Source of the DNA: a virus
Lineage: Duplodnaviria; Caudoviricetes
Virus record (IMG/VR): IMGVR_UViG_3300002307_000041
Coordinates: 21,096 to 85,095 of that record
Direction: 5' to 3' (one strand)
Length of the DNA: 64,000 nt
The translations under genes were made by a program, and so were the position numbers. The notes below the pieces were generated by a model. It worked only from the letters and a program-made list of their open reading frames with translations, made no database searches and had not been told where the DNA came from. Position 1 is the first letter of the stretch, and every line of letters begins with the position of its first letter. Below, in pieces: positions 8,775 through 14,790 of the stretch.

Positions 8775-8856
8775 GGGCAAATGTGAGGGGAATGGCTAAC
8801 AGCTGGGGCCCGCAAGGGGGCTGTTAGAACGGGTTCAAGTCCCGGTTTGTCCACCA
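8775..8856 (+). ncRNA. Anticodon-less tRNA-like RNA resembling a tmRNA tRNA-like domain (alanine identity)
   Basis: Acceptor GGGCAAA/TTTGTCC with G3.U70, A73 and CCA; T arm CGGG-TTCAAGT-CCCG; stemless D region; 8-bp helix CTAACAGC/GCTGTTAG capped by CCC-GCAA-GGG in place of an anticodon arm. Confidence 0.65.
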
Positions 8857-8860
8857 ATAG

Positions 8861-8937
8861 GCCGGTAGGGCGGTTGCGGCAATCGCGCTAGTCTCATACA
8901 CTAGTCTAAGATGTTTCGAGTACATCTACCGGCACCA
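8861..8937 (+). tRNA. tRNA with CAT anticodon (Met elongator or Ile2/lysidine)
   Basis: GCCGGTA/TACCGGC acceptor; CTAGT-CTCATAC-ACTAG; CCA; unusual T stem GATGT/ACATC. Confidence 0.85.
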
Positions 8938-8939
8938 GA

Positions 8940-8945
8940 TAAATA
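8940..8945 (+). promoter_or_regulatory. T4-like late promoter core TAAATA, 5 nt before ATG 8951
   Basis: GATAAATA-AAATT-ATG; no SD in the spacer. Confidence 0.6.
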
Positions 8946-8950
8946 AAATT

Positions 8951-10027
8951 ATGATAATAAATTCACATTCAACCTCCGGACTTTGTAGCACTTGTTATCG
9001 AGATTTACCGGCACAGATAGAATATAGAGATGACGGCGCAGCATATATAATAAAAACATGTCCAGATCACGGATATGAAGAAGCAATGATTGAAAGATCT
9101 TGGGAATTTTGGAAAGATATGCCGCAGAATAATCCAAATAATAGAACATATGCTGCATATAATATGACAATGATAGAAGTTACTGATCGTTGTAATGTGA
9201 TGTGTGCTCATTGCTATCATATACCTAATAATAAAATAAAAGATCAACCAGTTGATGTAATAGTAAACAAAGCAATACGCCAACAAGCTGGTGCAATATG
9301 TCTTATTGGTGCAGAACCTACAATGCGAGATGATCTTGACGAAATTATTAAGGGAATTATAGCTAAAAAACCACCAATTATTACAACTGTAGGTACAGTT
9401 TCAAATGGTATTAGAATAGCTGATAAAGATTATCTAAAAAAATTAGAAGATGCAGGTCTTTGGGATATGTCAATAAGCATACATAATCCTAAATATCATA
9501 AAGATATGATATGGGAAAAAGTTAATAAGGGGCTAACTAACTTATTAGAAAGTAATATACATTTAGGACAAGTGGGATTTACTGTAGAAAATTATGAAGA
9601 AATAAAATTTGCAGTTGACAAGATATTATGGTTTAAAAATAACGGTTATAATGCAGGGGATTATTGTATAAGATCTCCAGGAGATATCGGTACAATAGTA
9701 AAACCGGAAGATGAAATATTTGCTAGCGATTTAGTCAGAATGATCAGTCAATATGCAGAAGAAAAGAATATTAGTTTTGAAAAACATCCAAATTATGGAA
9801 GTAATCCATATCATGTAGGATATTTGTTAGATGGTATAAGCATACAAGTAATTCATTGGCCCGGAGCTAGAACTGTTGATACTCGATGGATGAATATTGG
9901 TCCTTGGGCTGAATTTATTCCTAATAGCAGAGGATCTTTTGTATTACAAACAATTCTTAGAGACGGCTGGAAAAAAGGATGGTGGCAAGGGCAACAGTTA
10001 TTATCTATCAATGTCGATAAAAATTAA
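8951..10027 (+). CDS. Radical SAM protein (MoaA/COG1964-like) with N-terminal CxxC...CPxHG zinc domain
   Basis: CSTC...KTCPDHG; EVTDRCNVMCAHC (CxxxCxxC); GAEPT; SNGIRI. Confidence 0.88.
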   Translation: MIINSHSTSGLCSTCYRDLPAQIEYRDDGAAYIIKTCPDHGYEEAMIERSWEFWKDMPQNNPNNRTYAAYNMTMIEVTDRCNVMCAHCYHIPNNKIKDQPVDVIVNKAIRQQAGAICLIGAEPTMRDDLDEIIKGIIAKKPPIITTVGTVSNGIRIADKDYLKKLEDAGLWDMSISIHNPKYHKDMIWEKVNKGLTNLLESNIHLGQVGFTVENYEEIKFAVDKILWFKNNGYNAGDYCIRSPGDIGTIVKPEDEIFASDLVRMISQYAEEKNISFEKHPNYGSNPYHVGYLLDGISIQVIHWPGARTVDTRWMNIGPWAEFIPNSRGSFVLQTILRDGWKKGWWQGQQLLSINVDKN

Positions 10028-10777
10028 TGAATTTTGCGATTCTTGTATTTTAGATAACGTATGGTTACTAAGATCTAGTGTTGGAAAAACATATTTTAGA
10101 TATTCTAAATGTTCATTAGGCGTAGGATGCAAATCTGCTACTTTTCCTAACCGATCATGATATAAAATTGGTCTAGATTTTTTAGAATACCAATCGCTAT
10201 TATTGAGTATTTCAAACACTGTAGTTGGTATATCTTTAATATCATTATGATATAATTTTAATAATTCACTATAATCATCATCTACTATAATGTTGTCAAT
10301 AGACAACATTTTATTATTAATTGCTAATTTGGGCAAATTTTGATGTAACTCGCTTTTCATATATAGTGGCAACATTAGAAAAAATCTATAATTTATTTTT
10401 AGATTATCTAAAAAGGATTTAGCTGAGGCAATCAGTGCTAGATCTCTTTTTAGATAAAAGTATTCATCGGCAAACTTTTTAACAAACGAGTCTGGGTATA
10501 CGACACTATTAAAAATAGTTCCTGCGTTTACCCATTCATTGTTAATGAAATGATCTTCTCTAGCAGTATTAGTCCACATTATCATAACAGTATCGTTGCC
10601 GTTTAGATTGTAAGATTTGCAACATTCTATTAGTTTTATAAAAATCTGTAAATTACCACTACCACTGGCACCAAAATTATAAAATTCATTAGCTTCACAA
10701 CCCAAAATATCGGCCCAAGTCATCCATCGATATTGTGTAAAACTACAGCCAAAGGTAAAAAGTCTATCATACATCAT
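10001..10777 (-). CDS. SGNH-like hypothetical protein, convergent with the radical SAM gene
   Basis: FGCSFT, NFGASGSGN, HPTPNEH motifs; minus-strand TAAATA 5 nt before ATG. Confidence 0.7.
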   Translation of the reverse strand: MMYDRLFTFGCSFTQYRWMTWADILGCEANEFYNFGASGSGNLQIFIKLIECCKSYNLNGNDTVMIMWTNTAREDHFINNEWVNAGTIFNSVVYPDSFVKKFADEYFYLKRDLALIASAKSFLDNLKINYRFFLMLPLYMKSELHQNLPKLAINNKMLSIDNIIVDDDYSELLKLYHNDIKDIPTTVFEILNNSDWYSKKSRPILYHDRLGKVADLHPTPNEHLEYLKYVFPTLDLSNHTLSKIQESQNSLIFIDIDR

Positions 10778-10793
10778 TGAATTATTTAGTTTT

Positions 10794-10869
10794 GGACCAT
10801 TAGCTCAGCCGGTAGAGCAGGAGACTCTTAATCTCTTTGTCGCAGGTTCGATCCCTGCATGGTTCACCA
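10794..10869 (+). tRNA. trnK: tRNA-Lys(CTT)
   Basis: GGAGA-CTCTTAA-TCTCT; canonical D and T arms; CCA. Confidence 0.95.
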
Positions 10870-10874
10870 AATAT

Positions 10875-10949
10875 GGAGCGTTCGTCTATCGGTTAGGACA
10901 CTGGCCTTTCACGCCGGTAAGAGGGGTTCGATTCCCCTACGCTCTACCA
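10875..10949 (+). tRNA. trnE: tRNA-Glu(TTC)
   Basis: CTGGC-CTTTCAC-GCCGG; CCA. Confidence 0.95.
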
Positions 10950-10954
10950 AATTT

Positions 10955-11026
10955 GCTCGCATGAACTAAGCGTAAGTTCTCCTGCTCGACGGGAGTATGT
11001 AGGTGCAAGCCCTACTGCGAGCTACA
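10955..11026 (+). ncRNA. Non-canonical tRNA-like cloverleaf (nominal TCG loop)
   Basis: All four stems intact (GCTCGCA/TGCGAGC, GAACT/AGTTC, CTCCT/GGGAG, GTAGG/CCTAC), but no D-loop GG, no U33, T-loop TGCAAGC, 3' end TACA. Confidence 0.6.
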
Positions 11027-11031
11027 AATAC

Positions 11032-11108
11032 GGTCGGGTTCCAGAGCGGCTTATGGCGCGGTCTGCAAAACCGTTGATTCGCGGGTTCAAATCCCGCCCC
11101 GACCTCCA
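11032..11108 (+). tRNA. trnC: tRNA-Cys(GCA), copy 1
   Basis: GCGGT-CTGCAAA-ACCGT; U73; CCA. Confidence 0.93.
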
Positions 11109-11191
11109 AGTTTGCAGTGAAAAGGCCGCGTCGGCTGTACTGACCCTTGTGCCCTATGCTGGCCAGCGTCTAACGGGAGTGATCAAGTAAA

Positions 11192-11419
11192 ATGTGCCAC
11201 TGCGATCCTATAAAATTAGCTGTTGCTAAAAAGATAAACAAGAAGATAGTCATCGTCGACGATGATAAAGTAATATATAGTATGCCGTTTTGGGTTAAAA
11301 TAAAACAGAGGAAAGATATAGAAGATCTCGCAGATAGTTTTAACAAAGCAAAGAAAAGATGCATCGACTCTATCATAGAGTTTGAAACAAAATTTAGCCC
11401 TCGTAGCTCAATTGGATAG
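11192..11419 (+). CDS. Small hypothetical protein whose stop codon lies inside tRNA-Arg(TCG)
   Basis: 75-aa ORF with phage-like codon use; last 23 nt overlap the tRNA 5' end. Confidence 0.5.
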   Translation: MCHCDPIKLAVAKKINKKIVIVDDDKVIYSMPFWVKIKQRKDIEDLADSFNKAKKRCIDSIIEFETKFSPRSSIG

Positions 11420-11473
11420 AGTTGCGGTCTTCGAAACCGATGGTTGGGAGTTCGAGTCTCTCCGAGGGCGCCA
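11397..11473 (+). tRNA. trnR: tRNA-Arg(TCG)
   Basis: GCCCTCG/CGAGGGC; GCGGT-CTTCGAA-ACCGA; CCA. Confidence 0.92.
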
Positions 11474-11478
11474 TAAAT

Positions 11479-11552
11479 GCTGTCTTGGTGTAATGGAAGC
11501 ACGGGAGTTTGTGGAACTCTTAGCACTGGATCGATACCAGTAGACAGTACCA
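11479..11552 (+). tRNA. trnH: tRNA-His(GTG) lacking G-1, with A73
   Basis: GGAGT-TTGTGGA-ACTCT; preceded by T, discriminator A; CCA. Confidence 0.9.
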
Positions 11553-11561
11553 AAATAATCG

Positions 11562-11589
11562 TTGACAATATCTACAAAGATGCTATTAT
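11562..11589 (+). promoter_or_regulatory. Sigma70-type promoter
   Basis: TTGACA-16 nt-TATTAT with TGC upstream of the -10. Confidence 0.6.
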
Positions 11590-11623
11590 ATAGTTGTTGT
11601 TAAAGACAGGGTGGTCACTTAAT

Positions 11624-11755
11624 AGACTCGGAGATAGCTACTGTTAGCTATCTAAGCAATGCGGTAATGCTTTGAAAATTCCGCTGGTGGAGGTGCATAT
11701 ACACCGTATATGCTCCCGGGTTTGCAAATTGTCCCTCATCAACTTGCACGAGTTT
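11624..11755 (+). ncRNA. Unassigned multi-hairpin ncRNA directly upstream of tRNA-Tyr
   Basis: Closing stem AGACTCG/CGAGTTT; hairpins AGATAGCT/AGCTATCT, AAGCA/TGCTT, GCATATA/TATATGC, TGCAA/TTGCA. Confidence 0.6.
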
Positions 11756-11756
11756 T

Positions 11757-11844
11757 GGGAGAGCGGCTCAGATGGCGGATGGGCACCGGACTGTAAATCC
11801 GGCACATAGATACGCAGTTGGTTCGAATCCAACCTCTCCCACCA
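11757..11844 (+). tRNA. trnY: tRNA-Tyr(GTA)
   Basis: CCGGA-CTGTAAA-TCCGG; long variable arm; CCA. Confidence 0.94.
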
Positions 11845-11846
11845 AG

Positions 11847-11974
11847 TTTAGATCCGTGTGTCTTGGTTGGACTACACTTTAAGTCGGTAGTTTACATAGT
11901 AAACGAAAAGCTGCTGGGAAACCTGATAAATGCCTATCCAACGGCTGTGCAGCGAAAAGAGGCTAGGATCTAAA
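11847..11974 (+). ncRNA. Unassigned structured ncRNA between tRNA-Tyr and tRNA-Met
   Basis: 9-bp closing stem TTTAGATCC/GGATCTAAA; GTTGGA/TCCAAC; CTAC/GTAG; GTTTAC/GTAAAC; GCTGC/GCAGC; GG-GAAA-CC. Confidence 0.6.
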
Positions 11975-11982
11975 GAGTTTAT

Positions 11983-12057
11983 TGCGGGGTGGAGCATTGG
12001 TAGCTCGCTAGCCTCATAAGCTAGAGGTAGGGTGTTCGATTCACTCCCCCGCTTCCA
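11983..12057 (+). tRNA. trnM: tRNA-Met(CAT), initiator-like
   Basis: GCGGGGTGGAGC start as in tRNA-fMet, 1:72 mismatch (T.T); CTAGC-CTCATAA-GCTAG lacks the full three G-C pairs; CCA. Confidence 0.88.
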
Positions 12058-12062
12058 AACGT

Positions 12063-12139
12063 GGTCAGGTTCCAGAGCGGCTTATGGCGCGGTCTGCAAA
12101 ACCGTTGATTCGCGGGTTCGAATCCCGCCCTGACCTCCA
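12063..12139 (+). tRNA. trnC: tRNA-Cys(GCA), copy 2
   Basis: Near-identical to 11032-11108, with a compensated acceptor pair. Confidence 0.93.
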
Positions 12140-12202
12140 AAATAATAGATTCTAATGGTAGAGTGATAAATAATTATGTAAATTATAGAAAGACTCTACC
12201 AA

Positions 12203-12646
12203 ATGAATTACAAGGGCACTAAAGATAAAAAGTTTATTTGTAAAAATTGTAATAATGAATTTCCGTTTAAGGGATATAGTTCTAATCACATATATTGTTC
12301 TTTAGAATGTTCAAAAGAATTTGTTAATACAAATAAAAATAGAGTGAATGAACAACGATTTGAAGATTGGTTATCTGGTAAACCATTAGGAGTTAAGAAT
12401 TCAAGACCAATTATAAAAGAATTTGTTATCCGAAGAGATGGTTATAAATGTTCTAGTTGTGGAATAGATAGTTATAATGGAAAAGAAATTACATTATGGC
12501 TCGATCATATTGATGGTAATGCTGCTAATAATAGACCAAATAATTTTAGACTGATTTGCCCAAATTGCGACAGTCAATCGGATACATTTGGTGCTAAGAA
12601 TTATGGTAAAGGAAGAAAATCTAGAGGATTGCCACAATATGGCTAA
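12203..12646 (+). CDS. HNH endonuclease with N-terminal zinc finger
   Basis: CKNC...CSLEC; CSSC...DHIDGNAANNRPNNFRLICPNCDSQ. Confidence 0.88.
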   Translation: MNYKGTKDKKFICKNCNNEFPFKGYSSNHIYCSLECSKEFVNTNKNRVNEQRFEDWLSGKPLGVKNSRPIIKEFVIRRDGYKCSSCGIDSYNGKEITLWLDHIDGNAANNRPNNFRLICPNCDSQSDTFGAKNYGKGRKSRGLPQYG

Positions 12647-12703
12647 CTATGTAGTTGACAATATTATAAAAGTATTATAATATGTAGAAGTAATGAGAAA
12701 TGA

Positions 12704-12780
12704 TCCGGGACGGTCACAAGGTGGGACAGCAGACTGTTAATCTGTTCATCAGGAAGGTTCGATTCCTTCTCCCGGAGCCA
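12704..12780 (+). tRNA. trnN: tRNA-Asn(GTT)
   Basis: TCCGGGA/TCCCGGA; GCAGA-CTGTTAA-TCTGT; CCA. Confidence 0.92.
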
Positions 12781-12785
12781 TAATT

Positions 12786-12875
12786 GGAGAGGTGGGAGAG
12801 TGGTTTAATCCGCCAGTCTTGAAAACTGGAGAGCCTGCAAGGGCTCCGTGGGTTCGAATCCCACCCCCTCCGCCA
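12786..12875 (+). tRNA. trnS: tRNA-Ser(TGA)
   Basis: CCAGT-CTTGAAA-ACTGG; long variable arm; CCA. Confidence 0.96.
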
Positions 12876-12879
12876 AATT

Positions 12880-12956
12880 GGTTACGTAGCTCATCAGGAT
12901 AGAGCACAGGTTTCCTAAACCTGGGGTAGAAGGTTCGAGTCCTTCCGTGACCGCCA
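12880..12956 (+). tRNA. trnR: tRNA-Arg(CCT)
   Basis: CAGGT-TTCCTAA-ACCTG; CCA. Confidence 0.95.
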
Positions 12957-12967
12957 ACTAAAAATAT

Positions 12968-12996
12968 TTGACAGCATAAGTAAATGCTGTTATTAT
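12968..12996 (+). promoter_or_regulatory. Sigma70-type promoter with a palindrome in the spacer
   Basis: TTGACA-17 nt-TATTAT; ACAGCAT/ATGCTGT inverted repeat spans the promoter. Confidence 0.65.
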
Positions 12997-13005
12997 ATAG
13001 ATAAT

Positions 13006-13088
13006 GCGCTTGTGGTGAAACGGTAGACACGCTAGTCTTAGGAACTAGTCTCAAAAGGGTGGGGGTTCAAGTCCCTCCAAGCGCACCA
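13006..13088 (+). tRNA. trnL: tRNA-Leu(TAG)
   Basis: CTAGT-CTTAGGA-ACTAG; variable arm; CCA. Confidence 0.95.
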
Positions 13089-13096
13089 TATGTTAT

Positions 13097-13171
13097 GCCG
13101 CTGTAGCCGAATGGTAAGGCAGCACATTAGTAATGTGAAGATTGGGAGTTCGATTCTCTCCAGCGGCACCA
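13097..13171 (+). tRNA. trnT: tRNA-Thr(AGT), rare A34 anticodon
   Basis: GCCGCTG/CAGCGGC (C2-G71, A73); anticodon loop TT-AGT-AA; CCA. Confidence 0.85.
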
Positions 13172-13217
13172 TAATTTTAATAGATAGAGCTAAATAAAAC
13201 TATTAGGAGCTCTATAA

Positions 13218-13622
13218 ATGAAAACGTATATATGTCAACAATGCGGAACAGAACATAAACATAGGGGTATAAACTTCTCTAACAAATATTGTAATAATAA
13301 ATGCCAACAAGAATATCAATATGAGAATCGCATAAAACAATGGTTAGAAGAAGGAAGTGATTGGAAGATTCAAGCTCCAAATTGGGTTAAACGATATCTT
13401 TCTGAACAACGAGGATATCACTGTGAAGTCTGTGAAATTACAGAACATAATGGCAAACCTATAGGATTAGAATGCGATCATATAGATGGTAATCCTAATA
13501 ATAATAAACCAGAGAATTTAAGATTGATTTGTCCAAATTGCCATTCGCAAACTAAATCATTTAAGGGCGCTAATAGAGGTAATGGTAGACAGAAAAGATA
13601 TCATAAAGATTTGATTGATTAA
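13218..13622 (+). CDS. HNH endonuclease with N-terminal zinc finger (paralog of 12203-12646)
   Basis: CQQC...CNNKC; CEVC...DHIDGNPNNNKPENLRLICPNCHSQT; SD AGGAG. Confidence 0.9.
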   Translation: MKTYICQQCGTEHKHRGINFSNKYCNNKCQQEYQYENRIKQWLEEGSDWKIQAPNWVKRYLSEQRGYHCEVCEITEHNGKPIGLECDHIDGNPNNNKPENLRLICPNCHSQTKSFKGANRGNGRQKRYHKDLID

Positions 13623-13637
13623 AAAAATCAATCAACC

Positions 13638-13785
13638 ATTCTTGTTTTGTCGATCCCTACTAGGCTGCGGAAGCATAGCTAGGTTTAGTAGAGTAGAAAC
13701 GAGCGTATGCTGAAGTACGTCAGCGTTCAGTAGGCTACATGATGTGAAGGTGGCAGCTACGAACTTAGCTAAAGGGGCTGAGAAC
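13638..13785 (+). ncRNA. Possible structured ncRNA downstream of the HNH gene
   Basis: GC-enriched non-coding block: CTACT/AGTAG, GC-GGAA-GC, GCTGA/TCAGC, CCCT/AGGG. Confidence 0.4.
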
Positions 13786-13798
13786 CTCATGTTATTAG

Positions 13799-13827
13799 TT
13801 GACAGATCATAAAAAGTGTCGTATAAT
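13799..13827 (+). promoter_or_regulatory. Consensus sigma70 promoter
   Basis: TTGACA-17 nt-TATAAT. Confidence 0.88.
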
Positions 13828-13849
13828 ATAAAAAATGAGGAAAACACAA

Positions 13850-14062
13850 ATGGCTAAGAAAACGATTTCAAAAGTTAGTGATAAACTTGATAAAGTGAAC
13901 GAAAGCTTCACTGTTAATATGTACGACAACGGTTATATGTTTGAAATTAACGGATCAGTTGGTCCAGACGACGACTGGAAAACTGTTAAACTAATGGTTA
14001 TTGGTCTAGATGATCTAATTTCGCTGATCAAAGAAGTTAGCGATATGCCTAAACGAGACTAA
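13850..14062 (+). CDS. Small hypothetical protein
   Basis: SD GAGGA before ATG 13850; MAKKTISKVSDKL... Confidence 0.7.
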   Translation: MAKKTISKVSDKLDKVNESFTVNMYDNGYMFEINGSVGPDDDWKTVKLMVIGLDDLISLIKEVSDMPKRD

Positions 14063-14091
14063 CACACAGGCCCTAAGCTAGGGTCTGTTAT

Positions 14092-14167
14092 GGACCCATA
14101 GCTCAATAGGTTAGAGCATCCGACTTTTAATCGGGTGATCCGGGTTCGAGTCCCGGTGGGTCTACCA
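14092..14167 (+). tRNA. trnK: tRNA-Lys(TTT)
   Basis: CCGA-CTTTTAA-TCGG; canonical arms; CCA. Confidence 0.94.
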
Positions 14168-14183
14168 ATCAATAGGATTTAAT

Positions 14184-14345
14184 ATGGTTGAGGTTGATTT
14201 AACAAAAGTACAACTAACTTGGTGCTTAGACATCTTATCTAGGATTAAAAATATATTAGATTCCAAAGGATGGACAGAAGATCAAAAACTAGTCAGCATT
14301 GACTGGTTAGTAAAGCAAGCACTCAAAGCTGAACGAGAAGATTAA
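14184..14345 (+). CDS. Small hypothetical protein (53 aa)
   Basis: SD AGGA; MVEVDLTKVQLTWCLDILSRIK...ERED*. Confidence 0.55.
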   Translation: MVEVDLTKVQLTWCLDILSRIKNILDSKGWTEDQKLVSIDWLVKQALKAERED

Positions 14346-14375
14346 ATATAATACATACGTATTTACTGATTCCGG

Positions 14376-14611
14376 AGTTGGTAAATTACGCTGGCGGACC
14401 TACAATAAACTAATCCGCCTCGGCTGTCGGCGAAACGTAGGATGGGCTGTCGACACGGGGTTTAGCAGCACCTGACACAAAAAAGCTGTGTTCGACCGTC
14501 TAGCGTAGCTAGACCAACTGAGGGGGTTGATAGTAGACCTGCCTTGTGGGGAGATGTTGGCCCGAGTCTTCATCCAAACCATGCTACGGGAGTGATCCTA
14601 TCGGGCCTCCA
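14376..14611 (+). ncRNA. Unassigned structured ncRNA ending in an acceptor-like minihelix with UCCA
   Basis: AGTTGGT/ACCAACT, TACGCTGG/CTAGCGTA, GGCGGA/TCCGCC, GTCGA/TCGAC; then GGCCCGA(14559)/TCGGGCC-T-CCA(14611). Confidence 0.6.
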
Positions 14612-14625
14612 TTTTGGAGTAAAAA

Positions 14626-14790
14626 ATGGCTAGAAGTTTCTGGGGGAAAGCAGGTAATATTAACCTGCGTGGGAAAAAGTCTTTGAGATTGCGTTGTCGC
14701 TGTTGTGTCTGTCAAGACCTAAGAGGACGCATTGAAAAGATGCGTATACAGCGTGAAATTAAGGAAATGATAGAAGCTATTGGGGAATAG
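14626..14790 (+). CDS. Small basic Cys-rich protein (CRCCVC); stop codon lies inside tRNA-Gln(CTG)
   Basis: SD GGAG; 54-aa ORF MARSFWGK...IEAIGE*. Confidence 0.55.
   Translation: MARSFWGKAGNINLRGKKSLRLRCRCCVCQDLRGRIEKMRIQREIKEMIEAIGE

Noticed and set aside
8567-8857. Minus-strand ORFs across tRNA clusters (also 11170-11568, 11644-11832, 12749-13054, 18911-19273)
   Set aside because: Translations of tRNA reverse complements (e.g. GIEPPT, GFEP patterns)
11122-11190. GC-rich stretch after tRNA-Cys as an HDV-like (theta) ribozyme
   Set aside because: A partial P1 (GGCCG/TGGCC) and a CTAA element exist, but no convincing P3/L3, and it is not flush with the tRNA 3' end; needs a covariance-model search
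11900-13790. Group I intron core (GCTGCTGGGAAACC at ~11910; GTTCAGTAGGCTACA at ~13725)
   Set aside because: Isolated resemblances to P and R elements; no interrupted gene, no ordered P3-P7 core and no splice junctions identifiable
8315-14611. RNase P RNA, SRP RNA or full-length/permuted tmRNA among the ncRNA candidates
   Set aside because: No GAGGAAAGTCC, no SRP domain IV motif, and no tag reading frame or GGGG-start piece after a CCA
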